Below, piece by piece: positions 1 through 12,849 of a stretch of DNA of 64,000 bases (the stretch's first letter is position 1; the number at the start of each line of letters is the position of its first letter). The notes under the pieces were generated by a model. The model saw only the letters and a program-made list of their open reading frames with translations. It was not told where the DNA came from and did not search any database. Position numbers and translations under genes: made by a program. Source of the stretch: Escherichia coli (GTDB lineage: Bacteria; Pseudomonadota; Gammaproteobacteria; Enterobacterales; Enterobacteriaceae); the NCBI RefSeq assembly GCF_024502345.1, contig NZ_JALDNN010000001.1. One strand, 5' to 3'.

Positions 1-716
1 ATGCGGCAGGCGTCGGCTTCCCAGCGGTAACCAACGCCGTAAACGGCGCGGATAAATGACTGTTCGGCGTCGAGAGATTCCAGCTTGCGGCGCAGGTTTT
101 TAATGTGGCTGTCGATGGTGCGGTCGGTTACTACGCGGTAGTCGTCATAAAGATGATTGAGCAATTGCTCGCGGGAGAACACTTTTCCTGGTTCATGAGA
201 GAGCGTTTTCAGCAGACGAAATTCCGCAGGCGTCAGGTCAAGCATTTTACCGCGCCATGAAGCCTGAAAACGACCTTCGTCGATAATCAACGGGCTTTCA
301 GCATCCTGTTGCTGCAACTCGCGCTGCGGTTTGCAACGGCGCAAAATGGTTTTGACGCGCGCTACCACTTCCCGTGGGCTGTACGGCTTACAGATATAAT
401 CATCTGCGCCAATCTCCAGTCCGAGCAGGCGGTCGATCTCTTCGATTTTTGCCGTGACCATCACGATAGGAATGTCAGAAAAACGACGAATTTCCCGGCA
501 CAGCGTCAAGCCATCGGTACCAGGGAGCATCAGATCCAACAGGATCAGATCCGGTGGTGTCTGGCGCACATACGGCAGTACCTGATCGCCGTGGCTGATA
601 AGCGTCGGCGCATAGCTCGCAGCACGCAGATAATCAATGAGCAACTGCCCCAGCTTCGGTTCATCTTCCACGATCAAAATACGCGGTGTGTTTTCGTCGA
701 TTGGTAACTCGGTCAT
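1..716 (-). CDS. baeR: BaeR response regulator (OmpR family), 3' end cut by window edge
   Basis: Minus-strand translation from ATG at 716..714 gives [19 protein letters not shown]...; C-terminus ...[19 protein letters not shown] runs off the window start. Start overlaps baeS stop. Confidence 0.93.
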
Positions 717-2116
717 ACTTCTCTCTGTAAATCCCGTTCCAGCGGTAACTCAACTGTAATGCTTACCCCGCCAAAAGGCGAATGGGCAGCAATAATGCGG
801 CCATTATGTGCTTCAACAATGTTCAGGCAAATCGCCAGCCCCAGCCCGGAACCGCCGCTGGCACGGTTGCGGGAACCTTCGGTGCGATAAAAACGTTCAA
901 ACAATTTTTGTAGCTGATCGTCACTGACACCTGGCGCACTGTCGGCAAAGGTCAGGCGCACCGTTTTGTCGTGTTGCTCGGCAGAGATTTTCAGGCTGCC
1001 GCCGCTGTCAGTGTAGCGCAGGCTGTTTTCAAGTAAGTTATTGAATAACTGCATTAAACGGTCGCGATCGCCAAATACGGTAATACTGTCTGGCAGGGAA
1101 AATTGCAGTTTCAGGCCACGGCTGGCGAATCGTTCGCGAAATGCGCCTCCCGCCACTTCCAGCAGTGGGATCAAATCTACCGGTGCTTTTTGATAGGCGA
1201 GAGCGCCTTCATCAGACATCGACAACTGATGGAGATCGTCAACCAGTTTGGTCAGTGTACCGACCTCCGCCTGTAAAGACGCCACCGTCTCCGGCGTGAA
1301 TTTACGCACGCCATCCTGAATGGCTTCCAGTTCACCGCGCAGCACCGCTAATGGCGTACGCAGTTCGTGAGAAATATCGGCCATAAAATCGCGCCGCATT
1401 TGCTGGTTTTTCTCCAGCGTGCTGGCAAGCTGGTTGAAGTCTTGCGCCAGTTTGCCCAGTTCATCTTCACTGGTGGGCGTTACGCGGGTAGTGAAATCGC
1501 CCGCCGCCAGTTTGTGCGTGCCGTCCACCAGCCGTTTGACCGGGGCCAAAAGGCCACGCGCCAGCAGAAAGGTGGCGAGCGCCGCGAGTAACGTTGCCAG
1601 GGCGACAATCAGCCAGCTGGTTTGCCGCTGTTGTTTATCGAAATTGATATCAGTATTGCGGGTCAGCCGCTCAACGGGGGAGGCAATCACCGCGCCCACT
1701 TCCGCACCGTTGACCAGAATGGGTCGCCGTGTACCGTCAGGTGGAATCGGCGCTCGCGGACCAACCAGCACCTTGTTGTTTTGATCAACCACCCAGAACT
1801 GAGTACGCCAGCCGTGTGGTGGCATACCCGGGCCGGGTTTATCTTCCGAATTATCGTGTTCAAATGAACGCAGGATCTGAAAGACAAAACGATCATTGTT
1901 GCGCAGGAAGCGCCAGTTGCCATGCTGCGCATACTGCTCGCCAAGCGCATCACTTAACAGTTGTAATCGCTGTTCATTACCATGCTTGATGTAATCAATA
2001 AAGCCACGCTCAAAACTGATACGCACCGCCCAGTGCATACTGATCAGCAAGACAATGCAGGTGGCGAAAATCGCCAGAAACAGTTTGCCGGTAATACCGG
2101 GTCGCCAGAACTTCAT
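713..2116 (-). CDS. baeS: BaeS sensor histidine kinase
   Basis: 467-aa ORF with HAMP and HisKA ([10 protein letters not shown]) plus HATPase regions; expected length and position downstream of mdtD. Confidence 0.95.
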
Positions 2117-3528
2117 TGCGCGCTCCTTTTTCGCCGCGAAATAGCTACATTTTGATGCGTATCGTTCGGCACTCTGGCAAAGATGAACGCCGGAAGGGCG
2201 ATGATAAACGCCATGCTAAGCCAGGTGTACATAAAGACGGTTTGTGTGGTGCCGCTGTCGACGCTGACATGCTGCGAACCAAAAAGTCCCAGCAACAGCC
2301 CGGCGATGGTGACGCCGATACTCATCGACAATTGCATAATCATCGACAGCAGACTGTTGCCGCTGCTCGCCAGATTGTCCGGGAGATCTTTCAGCGTCAG
2401 GGTGTTCATGGAGGAGAAACGGGTCGAGTTGACCATCCCTTGTAAAAACAGGACGAACGGCAAAACGTAGTACCAGCCCAACAGAGCGGTAGTCATAAAC
2501 AACAGGGTGACCAGCGACAGACCCTGCGTGGTCGCTACCAGTACCCGACGATAACCAAAGCGATTCACCACCTGTACCACAATTCGCTTCATTCCCATGC
2601 TGCCAAGCACCATCGGGATCATCATCAGTCCGGCATGAAACGGTGAGAAGCCAAGGCCAATTTGCAGGAAAACTGGTGTCATAAAGGGCAACATGCCGCT
2701 ACCGATACGTCCGGCAAAGCTCCCCGCCAGGCCCAGCGAAAAGGTACGAGTACGGAACAGTTTCAGACTGAACAGGGCGCGGTTGTTATTTCTGGCGTGC
2801 AGCAGATAAAGCACCAGTGCCACCACACCAACTGCGACCAGGCCAGCAATCGCCAGCGGCGATAAACCTGTACCTTTACTGCCGTCCAGCGCCAGGGTTA
2901 ATACCGCCATGCCAACCGCCAGCAATAAAAAGCCGGAAAGATCAAAGCGCCGCGTCTGCATGGTGTAGTTCGGCATTAACATCAATGTGGCGATCGCACC
3001 GATAATCCCCACCGGAATGTTGATCAAAAAGATCCAGTGCCACGACGCGTACTCCACCAGCAGACCGCCGAGCGCCGGACCGAGCAGCGGACCGACCTGA
3101 CCGGGTAACGTGACAAAGGTCATCGCCGCCATATACTGCTCGCGCGGTACGATTTTCATCACCGTCAATCTGCCGACCGGCACCATCATCGCGCCGCCAA
3201 CGCCCTGTAACGCGCGTGCCAGCAACAATTCGTTCAGCGTGCCGGAAAGCGCGCAAAACAGTGAACCGAGAGTAAACAGCACGATAGCGGTAAAGAAAAT
3301 ATTGCGCACGCCGACTTTGTCCGCCAGCCAGCCGCTGGCGGGCAGCATCACCGCCACGGTCAGCACATAAGAGACAATGACCATGTGCATATGCAACGGA
3401 CTTTCCCCGAGGCTTTGCGCCATTGAGGGAAGGGCGGTGTTTACGATGGTGGTATCCAGCGACTGCATAAAGAAGCCGAAAGCCACAATCCACAATTGCC
3501 AACGGGTGCTGTCGGGAAGATCAGTCAT
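2113..3528 (-). CDS. mdtD: MFS transporter MdtD
   Basis: 471-aa multi-TM ORF; 4-bp overlap with baeS; last gene of mdtABCD. Confidence 0.93.
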   Translation of the reverse strand: MTDLPDSTRWQLWIVAFGFFMQSLDTTIVNTALPSMAQSLGESPLHMHMVIVSYVLTVAVMLPASGWLADKVGVRNIFFTAIVLFTLGSLFCALSGTLNELLLARALQGVGGAMMVPVGRLTVMKIVPREQYMAAMTFVTLPGQVGPLLGPALGGLLVEYASWHWIFLINIPVGIIGAIATLMLMPNYTMQTRRFDLSGFLLLAVGMAVLTLALDGSKGTGLSPLAIAGLVAVGVVALVLYLLHARNNNRALFSLKLFRTRTFSLGLAGSFAGRIGSGMLPFMTPVFLQIGLGFSPFHAGLMMIPMVLGSMGMKRIVVQVVNRFGYRRVLVATTQGLSLVTLLFMTTALLGWYYVLPFVLFLQGMVNSTRFSSMNTLTLKDLPDNLASSGNSLLSMIMQLSMSIGVTIAGLLLGLFGSQHVSVDSGTTQTVFMYTWLSMAFIIALPAFIFARVPNDTHQNVAISRRKRSAQ

Positions 3529-6500
3529 TTACTCGGTTACCGTTTGTTTAGGTTTACGCGAAAAACGCAGCCGTAGACGGTCGAAAAAGAGATACACCAC
3601 CGGCGTGGTGTACAGCGTCAGGAGCTGACTCATTACCAGACCGCCGACAATGGTGATCCCCAAGGGTTGCCGCAGCTCCGAGCCGTCACCGCCCGACAAC
3701 ACCAGCGGCAGCGCGCCAAACAGCGCCGCCAGGGTAGTCATCATAATCGGGCGAAAACGCAGCAGACAGGCCTGGAAAATAGCTTCCTTCGGCGTCAGGT
3801 TACCGTGCCGTTGGGCTTCAAGCGCAAAATCGACCATCATAATGGCGTTTTTCTTCACAATGCCGATTAATAGCATGATCCCTATCAGGGCGATTAGGCT
3901 GAACGGGGCATTGAACAGCTCCAGCGCCAGCAGCGCTCCAACGCCCGCCGAGGGCAGGGTGGAGAGAATCGTCAGCGGATGTACGTAACTCTCGTAAAGG
4001 ATACCCAGCACGATATACACCGTGGCGATGGCGGCGATAATCAGGAGCACCTGTGAGTTCATCGTCTCCTGGAACACCTGCGCCGTGCCGGCAAAACTGC
4101 CGCGCACCGTCGAAGGCACACCAAGCTGGGTCATTGCGCGATCGATCGCCGCACTGGCGTCCGAGAGCGATTTTCCGGTCGGCAGGTTGAACGAGATGGT
4201 CGAGGCTGCCGATAATCCCTGATGATTCACCGATAGTGGGGCATTCGCCGGTTGCCATTTAGCGAAATACGACAGCGGGATCGCTTTTCCTTCGTTATTG
4301 ATAACGAACATTTTTTCTAGCGCGCTGATGTCCTGGGTATAGCGCGGATCTACTTCCATCACCACTTTATACTGGTTCATCGGCTGGTAAATGGTCGAGA
4401 TTTGCCGCTGACCGAAGGCGTTATTTAACAGGCTGTTGGCGGCCTGTACGTCGATTCCCAGCCGTGCCATGGTGTCGCGGTCGTAAACCAGATTCATCTC
4501 CGCGCCGTTATCCTGCTGATCGGAGTTCACGTCCGCTAGTTCCGGCAATGTCGCCAGTTTTTTGCGGATTTTCGGCTCCCATTCGCGCAGTGCCGCCAGG
4601 TCGTCGGATAACAACGTGTACTGATAACTGGCGTTAGACTGACGTCCGCCAACGCGAATATCCTGTACCGCCATCAGGAACAGATTCGCCCCCGGTTCTT
4701 TCGCCAGCTTCACCCGCAGACGGTCGATAATTTGCTGCGCCGTTTCGCTGCGTTCGTCGCGTGGCTTGAGGGTGATAAACATCATCCCACTGTTAACTGG
4801 TGAACCGCCGGTAAAGCCGGTGACATTATCCACTGCCGGATCGTCACGGATAATTTTCATAAAATCCTGCAATTTGCCGCGCATCGCCTGAAACGAAATA
4901 CTCTGATCCGCCTGTATCCCGCCCATCAACACGCCAGTGTCCTGCTCCGGGAAGAAGGTTTTCGGGATCGAGATATACAGCCAGATATTCAAAGCAATGG
5001 TGCCAAGCAGCACCACGCCCACCAGACGGGTATGATTGAGCACCCATTTCAGCGACTTACCATAGCCTTGTTGCAGGGCTACCAACATTCGACCAAAACC
5101 ACGCAGTCGCTTTTGCTCGCGCGGCTTGCTGGCTTTCAGCATCCAGCCACACATCATCGGCGTTAATGTCAGAGAAACCAGCAACGAAATACCAATGGCG
5201 ACAGAAAGCGTCACGGCAAACTCGCGTAACAGTCGGCCCGGCAATCCGCCCATCAACAGCAGCGGCAGGAACACCGCCACCAGTGACAGACTCATCGACA
5301 GCACCGTAAAACCGACTTCGCGAGTACCTTGCAGTGCGGCTTGCAACGGTTTCATTCCCGCTTCCAGATGACGTGCAATGTTTTCCAGCACCACGATGGC
5401 GTCATCCACCACGAAACCAGTAGCGATGGTGAGCGCCATTAACGAAAGGTTATTGAGGCTGAATCCGCACAGGTACATCGCCGCAAACGTACCAATCAGC
5501 GAAACCGGCACCGCAACGGCGGGAATAATAGTGGCGCGACCCGAGCGTAGGAATAAAAACACCACCAGAATCACCAGCGCCACCGAGATAATCAGCGTTT
5601 GCTCGACTTCTTCCAGCGAGGCGCGAATGGTGGGGGAGCGATCCTGGGCAATTTGCAGATCAATCGCCGCCGGAATGGTTTCCTGCAACTCCGGTAATTT
5701 TGCCCGGATGCTGTCAACCGTCTGGATAATATTGGCTTCCGGCAGCTTGCGGATCATCAGCAAAATAGCCGGTTTGGCGTTGGTCATCCCGGCGTTGCGC
5801 ACATCCTGCACTGAGTCGGTCACCGTCGCCACATCACCCAGACGAACCGCGCCGCCGTTGTTGTAATGAATAATCAACGGCTGATATTCAGCGGCGGTTT
5901 TTAGCTCATCATTGGTCTGGATCTGCCAGCGGTGAGTGCCATCTTCCAGCGCCCCCTGCGGTTTACGCACGTTGGCATTGCTGATGGCAGTGCGTACGTC
6001 GTCCAGCGACACGCCCTGATTAAACAGCGCCTGCGGGTTCAGCCCGACGCGCACGGCGGGCAGCGAGCTGCCGCCGACATCGACATCACCGACACCGTCG
6101 ATTTGCGAAATCGTCGGAGCCAGCTGCGTCGAGGCGAAATCGTACAGTTCACCCTGCGAATAAGTATCGGATGTCAGCGTGAGGATCATAATTGGCGCAT
6201 CCGACGGGTTCGCTTTGCGATAGGTCGGACGGCTGGGCATCCCGCTGGGCAGCAAACTTTGTGCAGCGTTGATCGCCGCCTGCACATCGCGCGCCGCGCC
6301 GTTGATATCCCGGTCAAAATCAAACTGCAAAATAATACGCGTGCTGCCGAGCGAACTGCTGGAGGTCATTTCACTGACTCCGGCAATGCGCCCAAGTGAG
6401 CGCTCCAGCGGCGTGGCAACGGAAGACGCCATTGTTTCTGGTGACGCACCGGGCAGCGAGGCGCTGACCATAATCACTGGAAAATCGACCTGCGGCAGCG

Positions 6501-6606
6501 GGGCGACCGGCAGCATACGGAAGCCCAGTATGCCGCACAGGGTAATGGCAACCGACAGTAAAATCGTCGCCACCGGGCGGTAAATGAAGAGGGCAAAAAA
6601 CTTCAC
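3529..6606 (-). CDS. mdtC: RND efflux pump subunit MdtC
   Basis: 1025-aa ORF, AcrB/RND family, paralogous to adjacent MdtB. Confidence 0.95.
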   Translation of the reverse strand: MKFFALFIYRPVATILLSVAITLCGILGFRMLPVAPLPQVDFPVIMVSASLPGASPETMASSVATPLERSLGRIAGVSEMTSSSSLGSTRIILQFDFDRDINGAARDVQAAINAAQSLLPSGMPSRPTYRKANPSDAPIMILTLTSDTYSQGELYDFASTQLAPTISQIDGVGDVDVGGSSLPAVRVGLNPQALFNQGVSLDDVRTAISNANVRKPQGALEDGTHRWQIQTNDELKTAAEYQPLIIHYNNGGAVRLGDVATVTDSVQDVRNAGMTNAKPAILLMIRKLPEANIIQTVDSIRAKLPELQETIPAAIDLQIAQDRSPTIRASLEEVEQTLIISVALVILVVFLFLRSGRATIIPAVAVPVSLIGTFAAMYLCGFSLNNLSLMALTIATGFVVDDAIVVLENIARHLEAGMKPLQAALQGTREVGFTVLSMSLSLVAVFLPLLLMGGLPGRLLREFAVTLSVAIGISLLVSLTLTPMMCGWMLKASKPREQKRLRGFGRMLVALQQGYGKSLKWVLNHTRLVGVVLLGTIALNIWLYISIPKTFFPEQDTGVLMGGIQADQSISFQAMRGKLQDFMKIIRDDPAVDNVTGFTGGSPVNSGMMFITLKPRDERSETAQQIIDRLRVKLAKEPGANLFLMAVQDIRVGGRQSNASYQYTLLSDDLAALREWEPKIRKKLATLPELADVNSDQQDNGAEMNLVYDRDTMARLGIDVQAANSLLNNAFGQRQISTIYQPMNQYKVVMEVDPRYTQDISALEKMFVINNEGKAIPLSYFAKWQPANAPLSVNHQGLSAASTISFNLPTGKSLSDASAAIDRAMTQLGVPSTVRGSFAGTAQVFQETMNSQVLLIIAAIATVYIVLGILYESYVHPLTILSTLPSAGVGALLALELFNAPFSLIALIGIMLLIGIVKKNAIMMVDFALEAQRHGNLTPKEAIFQACLLRFRPIMMTTLAALFGALPLVLSGGDGSELRQPLGITIVGGLVMSQLLTLYTTPVVYLFFDRLRLRFSRKPKQTVTE

Positions 6607-9600
6607 TTACGCCTCCTCTTCATGACGGGCAAAGCGGCTTTTGGTCCACAATGCCAGGCGGTCGAACAGCAAATAAATCACCGGCGTGGTAAACAGCGTC
6701 AGCACCTGGCTGATAATCAGACCGCCGACCATGCCGATACCTAACGGACGACGCAGTTCCGCGCCGACCCCGGTACTCAACATCAGCGGCAGCGCGCCAA
6801 GCAGAGCCGCCAGAGTGGTCATCAGGATCGGACGAAAACGCAACAGACAAGCCTGGTAGATTGCCTCGCGCGGCGACATGCCTTGCTCGCGCTCGGCAGC
6901 CAGCGCGAAGTCGATCATCATGATGGCGTTCTTCTTCACGATACCGATCAGCAAAATAATGCCGATAATCGCAATCACATCCAGTTCGCTACCAGCAATC
7001 AGCAACGCCAGCAGTGCGCCAACCCCTGCGGTGGGTAGCGTCGAGAGAATGGTGATCGGGTGAATAAAGCTCTCGTACAGAATGCCGAGCACGATATACA
7101 TCGCCACCACCGCCGCGACAATCAGCCAGACAGTGCTGCCCAGCGCCGACTGGAAGGCGAGGGTGCTGCCCTGGAACTGCGTGGTGATATCCACCGGCAG
7201 ATTCAGCGTCTTTTCGGTGTCCATAATCGCCTGCACCGCATCGCCCAGCGAATAGTTATCCGGCACGTTAAAGGAGATGGTCGTTACCGGGAACTGATCC
7301 AGATGGTTGATGGAGAGCGGCGCAAAACGCTGCTCAATTTTGGCAATTGAGCTTAACGGCACCACGCCACCATCGCTGCTGGTCAGGCGAATGGTATCCA
7401 GCGCCGCGAGGCCTGGGGTATTTTCGGTGTTGTGTTCCAGCACCACGCGATACTGGTTAGCCTGAGTATAAATAGTGGAAATCAGCCGCTGACCAAACGC
7501 GTTGTACAGGGCGTTATCGACATCCGCCATACTGATCCCCAGACGGCTGGCGCTGTCGCGATCAACATTGACATACGCCACCAGCCCTTTGTCCTGCCAG
7601 TCGCTGGAGACATCAGAAAGCTGTGGTAGTTGCTGGAGTTTTTCCATCAACTGTGGCACCCAGGTACTGAGCGCATCCAGTGACGTGGCCTGCAAGGTAA
7701 ACTGGTACTGGGTGCGGCTGACCTGAGTATCGATGGTCAGGTCCTGCGTTGGTTGCAGGAAGAGATCGACGCCCGGCAATTTATCCACCGCCGTTTGCAG
7801 ACGGGCGATGACTTTTTGCACCCGATCATCACGTTCATCCAGCGGTTTGAGGTTGATCTGCAAACGCGCACTGTTCAGCGACGGGTTAGTGCCATCAACG
7901 CCAACAAATGAGGTCAGACTTTGCACTGCCGGATCCTGCAAAATCACGTCCGCGACCTGGCGTTGCCGCTGGGCCATATTGGCAAAGGAGCTGGATTGCG
8001 GTGCCTGCAAAGTGCCCTGAATAATGCCGTTATCCTGTACCGGGAAGAAACCTTTCGGAATGAACACCCACAATAGAACGCTAAGCAGCAGCGTGCTGAG
8101 CGCCACGCTTAAGGTCAGCCACGGATGATTCAGCACTTTCGCCAGTCCACGACCATAGGCGGCGATTATCTTGTCGAACATTTTTTCCGAGGCACGGGAG
8201 AAGCGGTTCTGTTTACGCAACGACTCCTGGCTGAGCATCCGTGCGCACATCATCGGTGTCAGGGTTAGCGACACCACGGCTGAGATTAAAATCGCTACCG
8301 CCAGGGTAATAGCAAATTCGCGGAACAGTCGCCCGACGATATCGCCCATAAACAGCAGTGGGATCAACACCGCAATCAGCGAGAAGGTCAGCGAGATAAT
8401 GGTAAAGCCGATTTCACCTGCGCCTTTGAGCGCCGCCGCCAATGGTTTTTCGCCTTTTTCGATATAGCGGGAAATATTTTCGATCACCACGATGGCGTCA
8501 TCGACCACGAACCCGGTGGCGATAGTTAACGCCATCAGCGTCAGGTTATTGATTGAAAAATCGAGAAACACCATGACCGCGAAGGTGCCGATTAACGACA
8601 GCGGCACTGCGACGCCGGGAATGATGGTCGCCGGAATATTGCGCAAAAACAGGTAGATAATCATGACTACCAGCGCGATAGCCATCATCAATTCAAACTG
8701 AGTATCATCGACGGATGCGCGGATATTGGTGGTACGGTCAGAAAGTACCGTCACCTTCACCGATTTCGGCAGACTCTCGGTGAGCTGTGGCAGCATCTGC
8801 CGGATGCTGTCGGCGGTGGAGATAATGTTAGCACCGGGCTGGCGCTGAACATTCATCACAATGGCCTGTTCTTTGTTCGCCCATGCGCCGAGCCAGCTGT
8901 TTTCTGCACCTTGCTCTACGGTTGCGACATCGCCCAGACGAATCGGCGCGCCGTTCTGGTAGGCGATAATCAACTGGCGATATTCTTCCGCAGATTGCAT
9001 TTGGTCATTCGCGGAAAGCGTAACCGCGCGGGAAGGGCCGTCGAGGCTACCTTTTGCCGAGTTAACGTTAGCGCCGGTAATGGCGGTGCGCACGGTTTCG
9101 CTGGTCAGGCCGAGGGCGGCAATCGCCTGAGCGTTAAGTTTGACGCGAACAGCCGGACGCTGGCCGCCGGAAAGCGTCACCAGGCCGACGCCGGAAATCT
9201 GCGAGATTTTCTGCGCGACGCGGGTTTCCACCATATCTTCCACTTGCGTCATCGGCATGGCTGTTGAGGTGACGGCGAGCGTCATGATCGGCGGATCTGC
9301 CGGGTTCACTTTGCTGTAAACCGGCGGGTTAGGCAGATCGCTCGGCAACAAGTTGGTCGCAGCGTTAATCGCGGCCTGCACTTCCTGCTCGGCGACATCG
9401 AGCGGTAATGTTAGCTGGAACTGTAAAGTGATAACTGACGCACCGCCGGAACTTTGCGACGACATCTGTTTCAGGCCAGACATCTGCCCGAACTGGCGTT
9501 CGAGCGGCGCGGTAACGGCAGAGGTCATGACATCCGGGCTCGCACCTGGGTAGAGCGTGACCACCTGAATGGTCGGATAGTCCACTTCCGGCAGCGCCGA

Positions 9601-9729
9601 AACGGGCAGGGCGCGATAACCGATAATCCCGGCGAGTAAGATCGCCACCATCAGCAGCGTGGTGGCCACAGGACGCATAATAAACAGGCGCGACGGGCCG
9701 CCTGTGCTGCCCGGGGGTAACACCTGCAT
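6607..9729 (-). CDS. mdtB: RND efflux pump subunit MdtB
   Basis: 1040-aa ORF, AcrB/RND family; directly abuts mdtC. Confidence 0.95.
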   Translation of the reverse strand: MQVLPPGSTGGPSRLFIMRPVATTLLMVAILLAGIIGYRALPVSALPEVDYPTIQVVTLYPGASPDVMTSAVTAPLERQFGQMSGLKQMSSQSSGGASVITLQFQLTLPLDVAEQEVQAAINAATNLLPSDLPNPPVYSKVNPADPPIMTLAVTSTAMPMTQVEDMVETRVAQKISQISGVGLVTLSGGQRPAVRVKLNAQAIAALGLTSETVRTAITGANVNSAKGSLDGPSRAVTLSANDQMQSAEEYRQLIIAYQNGAPIRLGDVATVEQGAENSWLGAWANKEQAIVMNVQRQPGANIISTADSIRQMLPQLTESLPKSVKVTVLSDRTTNIRASVDDTQFELMMAIALVVMIIYLFLRNIPATIIPGVAVPLSLIGTFAVMVFLDFSINNLTLMALTIATGFVVDDAIVVIENISRYIEKGEKPLAAALKGAGEIGFTIISLTFSLIAVLIPLLFMGDIVGRLFREFAITLAVAILISAVVSLTLTPMMCARMLSQESLRKQNRFSRASEKMFDKIIAAYGRGLAKVLNHPWLTLSVALSTLLLSVLLWVFIPKGFFPVQDNGIIQGTLQAPQSSSFANMAQRQRQVADVILQDPAVQSLTSFVGVDGTNPSLNSARLQINLKPLDERDDRVQKVIARLQTAVDKLPGVDLFLQPTQDLTIDTQVSRTQYQFTLQATSLDALSTWVPQLMEKLQQLPQLSDVSSDWQDKGLVAYVNVDRDSASRLGISMADVDNALYNAFGQRLISTIYTQANQYRVVLEHNTENTPGLAALDTIRLTSSDGGVVPLSSIAKIEQRFAPLSINHLDQFPVTTISFNVPDNYSLGDAVQAIMDTEKTLNLPVDITTQFQGSTLAFQSALGSTVWLIVAAVVAMYIVLGILYESFIHPITILSTLPTAGVGALLALLIAGSELDVIAIIGIILLIGIVKKNAIMMIDFALAAEREQGMSPREAIYQACLLRFRPILMTTLAALLGALPLMLSTGVGAELRRPLGIGMVGGLIISQVLTLFTTPVIYLLFDRLALWTKSRFARHEEEA

Positions 9730-10976
9730 CAGGAGCGAGCTCCTTTTTTCGCGTATTCGCGGCTGGTGGCTTTCTCTTCCGGAGTGGTGGCGCTCTGGGC
9801 TTCCACCACTTCCACTTTCGCCCCTTCGGTCAGGCGATCAATGCCGTCTGTCACCACGCGATCGCCCGCAGAAATACCTGCGCGGATCACCACTTTCTGA
9901 CTGTCCTGAATGCCCGGCGTCACCAGATGTTTGCTGACCTTGTTTTCGCTATTCAGCACCCAGACAAAATGGCCTTCATTGCCCATTTGCAGGGCGGCGG
10001 TGGGGATCACTACGGCGTTTTGTTCGGTGTCGACTAACATGCGCGCGTTAACAAACTGATTGGGAAACAGCGCATCATCCTGATTATTAAAGCGTGCTTT
10101 CACTTTAATCGTACCGGTAGTGGCATCGATTTGGTTATCGAGACTTAACAGCGTGCCTTCACTTAATTTCTTCGAGTTGGTGCGATCCCAGGCTTCTACC
10201 ACCAGCGGTTTTCCGGCTTTTTGCGCCTGCACGACGGTAGCGATATCGCTTTCCGGCAGGGTAAAGAGCAAATCGATAGGATGCGTCTGGGTGATCACCA
10301 CGATCCCGGTGGTATCACCACTGGAGATTTGGTTACCAACATCAACCTGCTTGAGACCAACGCGACCATCGACTGGTGCGGTAATACGGCTCCAGTCGAG
10401 TTGCAGCTGCGCGCTGGCGACGCTTGCTTCATCAGCCTTAATGGTGCCTTCGGTTTCACTGACCAGCGCCTGTTGGGCATCCAGCTCCTGGCGGGAGACG
10501 AGATTGGTTTTTGCCAGTTGCTGATAACGCGCCAGATCACGGCGGGCGTTGGTAAGCGTGGCTTTATCTTTTGCCAGTTGGCCCTGGGCTTGTGCTAATG
10601 CAACTTTGAACTGGCTGGGGTCAATTTCTGCCAGTAAATCGCCTGCTTTGACCTGCTGGCCTTCCTGGAAATGTAACGCCATCAGTTGACCGTCCACGCG
10701 GCTGCGCACCGTAACAGTATTAGCAGCGGTAATGGTGCCAAGCCCGGTGAGGTAACGCGGAACTGCCTGTTCTACGGCGGTCGCCGCCTGAACCGGGGCT
10801 AATGGGCCGGAACGCATACCACGGCGACCACCCGCTGGCGATTGCTGCGCTTGTTTCGTCGCCCCTGGGGCTGCACTCTGGGAGTCATTGCGGCCTTGCC
10901 AGAACCAGAATGCGGCGATGGCGGCGATAACCACCACGATTACGATTACCCAACGGGATTTATAACTGCCTTTCAT
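9729..10976 (-). CDS. mdtA: Membrane fusion protein MdtA
   Basis: Start set at internal ATG ([16 protein letters not shown]...) giving 415 aa; the track ORF extends 49 codons further upstream, which I treat as spurious. 1-nt overlap with mdtB. Confidence 0.9.
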   Translation of the reverse strand: MKGSYKSRWVIVIVVVIAAIAAFWFWQGRNDSQSAAPGATKQAQQSPAGGRRGMRSGPLAPVQAATAVEQAVPRYLTGLGTITAANTVTVRSRVDGQLMALHFQEGQQVKAGDLLAEIDPSQFKVALAQAQGQLAKDKATLTNARRDLARYQQLAKTNLVSRQELDAQQALVSETEGTIKADEASVASAQLQLDWSRITAPVDGRVGLKQVDVGNQISSGDTTGIVVITQTHPIDLLFTLPESDIATVVQAQKAGKPLVVEAWDRTNSKKLSEGTLLSLDNQIDATTGTIKVKARFNNQDDALFPNQFVNARMLVDTEQNAVVIPTAALQMGNEGHFVWVLNSENKVSKHLVTPGIQDSQKVVIRAGISAGDRVVTDGIDRLTEGAKVEVVEAQSATTPEEKATSREYAKKGARS

Positions 10977-11029
10977 CGTTAAGAGTTTCTCTTCCTGAAA
11001 CGTTTCGCGGAATGATACTAGTGTAGCCA

Positions 11030-11047
11030 GCCAATAAGGGAGAAAAA
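11030..11047 (-). promoter_or_regulatory. Candidate BaeR binding box upstream of mdtA
   Basis: Minus-strand sequence TTTTTCTCCCTTATTGGC matches the BaeR consensus I recall (TTTTTCTCCATDATTGGC) at 16 of 18 positions, about 55 bp upstream of the mdtA start. Confidence 0.55.
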
Positions 11048-11194
11048 TGGAGGAATTATGAAACACTATCGGGAATCGTCTGAATGGCGGGCACATTTGC
11101 GAGCACGCATCCAGTAATAACACAGGAAACTATTTTATCTACGCGTTAGCGATAGACTGCTTGCATGGCGAAAGGAGGTAAGCCGACGATTTCA

Positions 11195-11340
11195 GCGGGA
11201 CGCTGAAACGGGAAAGCCCCTCCCGAGGAAGGGGCCATAAATAAGGAAAGGGTCATGATGAAGATACTCATCATCGTGGTGCTCTTAGTGATTAGCTACC
11301 CAGCATACTAAGACTACCAGGGCGGGGGAAACCCCGCTCT
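11195..11340 (-). ncRNA. Sib-type antisense antitoxin RNA, copy 1 (ends approximate)
   Basis: Inferred from Sib/Ibs organisation (Sib is fully antisense to ibs); a hairpin followed by a T-rich tract on the minus strand lies near 11200-11245. Ends not determinable from sequence alone. Confidence 0.4.
11255..11311 (+). CDS. Ibs-family hydrophobic toxin peptide, 18 aa (MMKILIIVVLLVISYPAY)
   Basis: Small ORF with RBS ggaaagggtc 5 nt upstream; Ibs signature MMK + hydrophobic core + PAY end. Confidence 0.75.
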   Translation: MMKILIIVVLLVISYPAY

Positions 11341-11522
11341 ACCCTCACTCCTGAAAGTATGCCTTCACGTTCAGAATGTCAATCCGCAGGCTTTGCAGTC
11401 TGCGATCCTGCCAGCAAATATTCTTTGCGAGACGTTACGCAATAATCACAGAGGAAACTATTTTGTTCACGCGTTAGCGATAGACTGAATTCAGGGCGAA
11501 AGGAGGTAAGCCGACGATTTCA

Positions 11523-11668
11523 GCGGGACGCTGAAACGGGAAAGCCCCTCCCGAGGAAGGGGCCTTAAATAAGGAAAGGGTCATGATGAAGTGGATCATC
11601 ATCGTGGTGCTCTTAGTCATAAGCTTCCCGGCTTACTAAGACTACCAGGGCGGGGGAAACCCCGCTCT
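11523..11668 (-). ncRNA. Sib-type antisense antitoxin RNA, copy 2 (ends approximate)
   Basis: Same reasoning as copy 1, shifted by one repeat unit. Confidence 0.4.
11583..11639 (+). CDS. Ibs-family hydrophobic toxin peptide, 18 aa (MMKWIIIVVLLVISFPAY)
   Basis: Second repeat unit, same RBS context; Trp at position 4. Confidence 0.75.
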   Translation: MMKWIIIVVLLVISFPAY

Positions 11669-11850
11669 ACCCTCACTCCTGAAAGTATGCCTTCACGATA
11701 AGATTGTCAATCTGCAGGCTTTGCAGTCTGCGATCCTGCCAGCAAATATTCTTTGCGAGACGTTACGCAATAATCACACTGGAAACTATTTTATCCGCAA
11801 GTCAGCGATAGACTGCATGCATGGCGAAAGGAGGTAAGCCGACGATTTCA

Positions 11851-11996
11851 GCGGGATGCTGAAACGGGAAAGCCCCTCCCGAGGAAGGGGCCTTAAATAA
11901 GAAAAGGGTTATGATGAAGCACGTCATCATACTGGTGATACTCTTAGTGATTAGCTTCCAGGCTTACTAAGAACACCAGGGGGAGGGGAAACCTCT
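11851..11996 (-). ncRNA. Sib-type antisense antitoxin RNA, copy 3 (ends approximate)
   Basis: Same reasoning as copy 1. Confidence 0.4.
11911..11970 (+). CDS. Ibs-family hydrophobic toxin peptide, 19 aa (MMKHVIILVILLVISFQAY)
   Basis: Third repeat unit; closest to the K-12 IbsA sequence as I recall it. Confidence 0.75.
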   Translation: MMKHVIILVILLVISFQAY

Positions 11997-12189
11997 CCCT
12001 AACCCTCACTCCTGAAATTATGTCACTCCGCCCTTAGTGTCAATCGACGGCTCTCCGTTCTTGCGAGGCGAATAGCAAAATTTTCTGCGCCGCCGGGACT
12101 AATTCTGAAAGTTTCTTCGTTTGCTCTTATTTCATTATTGCAGTCGGTATGATACCGGACCTCAATAATTCTCTAAGAAAGGATTTCTT

Positions 12190-12849
12190 ATGAGCGAACA
12201 AATCACGTTTGCCACCAGCGATTTTGCCAGTAACCCGGAACCACGTTGCCCCTGCATTCTGCTGCTGGATGTTTCTGGCTCGATGAGCGGCAGACCTATT
12301 AATGAACTTAACGCCGGATTGGTTACCTTTCGTGATGAACTGCTTGCTGATCCGCTGGCTTTAAAAAGAGTGGAACTCGGCATTGTGACGTTCGGCCCGG
12401 TGCATGTGGAACAACCCTTTACCAGCGCCGCTAACTTTTTCCCGCCCATCCTGTTTGCCCTGGGGGATACGCCTATGGGGGCCGCCATTACCAAAGCCCT
12501 GGATATGGTAGAGGAGCGGAAACGTGAGTACCGCGCAAATGGTATTTCGTATTATCGCCCGTGGATTTTCCTGATCACCGATGGCGCTCCAACCGATGAG
12601 TGGCAGGCTGCCGCCAACAAAGTGTTTCAGGGGGAAGAAGATAAGAAGTTTGCCTTCTTTTCCATCGGTGTTCAGGGGGCGGATATGAAGACGCTGGCAC
12701 AAATCAGCGTTCGTCAGCCTTTGCCACTGCAGGGATTACAATTCCGTGAACTGTTTAGCTGGTTATCCAGTTCGCTGCGTTCGGTTTCCCGCTCCACGCC
12801 GGGAACGGAAGTTGTGCTGGAAGCGCCAAAAGGCTGGACGTCAGTGTGA
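12190..12849 (+). CDS. yegL: von Willebrand factor A (vWA, TerY-like) domain protein YegL
   Basis: 219-aa ORF with vWA/MIDAS-like start ([12 protein letters not shown]); first gene of a three-gene unit with overlapping junctions. Confidence 0.9.
   Translation: MSEQITFATSDFASNPEPRCPCILLLDVSGSMSGRPINELNAGLVTFRDELLADPLALKRVELGIVTFGPVHVEQPFTSAANFFPPILFALGDTPMGAAITKALDMVEERKREYRANGISYYRPWIFLITDGAPTDEWQAAANKVFQGEEDKKFAFFSIGVQGADMKTLAQISVRQPLPLQGLQFRELFSWLSSSLRSVSRSTPGTEVVLEAPKGWTSV

Larger units (their letters stand above)
11105..12085. repeat. Three tandem direct repeats (about 328 bp each), each holding one ibs/sib type I toxin-antitoxin module
   Basis: Ibs start codons at 11255, 11583 and 11911 (328-bp spacing); flanking blocks such as ggaaactatttt...cgttagcgatagactg and gcgaaaggaggtaagccgacgatttcagcggg recur in each unit. 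Confidence 0.85.

Noticed and set aside
309-707. 132-aa plus-strand ORF
   Set aside because: Antisense to baeR, which reads cleanly on the minus strand.
2942-3502. Antisense ORFs of 150-265 aa inside mdtD, mdtC, gmd, fcl, cpsG, wcaJ and gnd (for example 36578..37375, 37507..38301, 42370..43101, 44125..44724, 61631..62338)
   Set aside because: They lie entirely within well-supported genes on the opposite strand, have Arg/His-rich low-complexity translations typical of GC-rich antisense frames, and lack RBS context.
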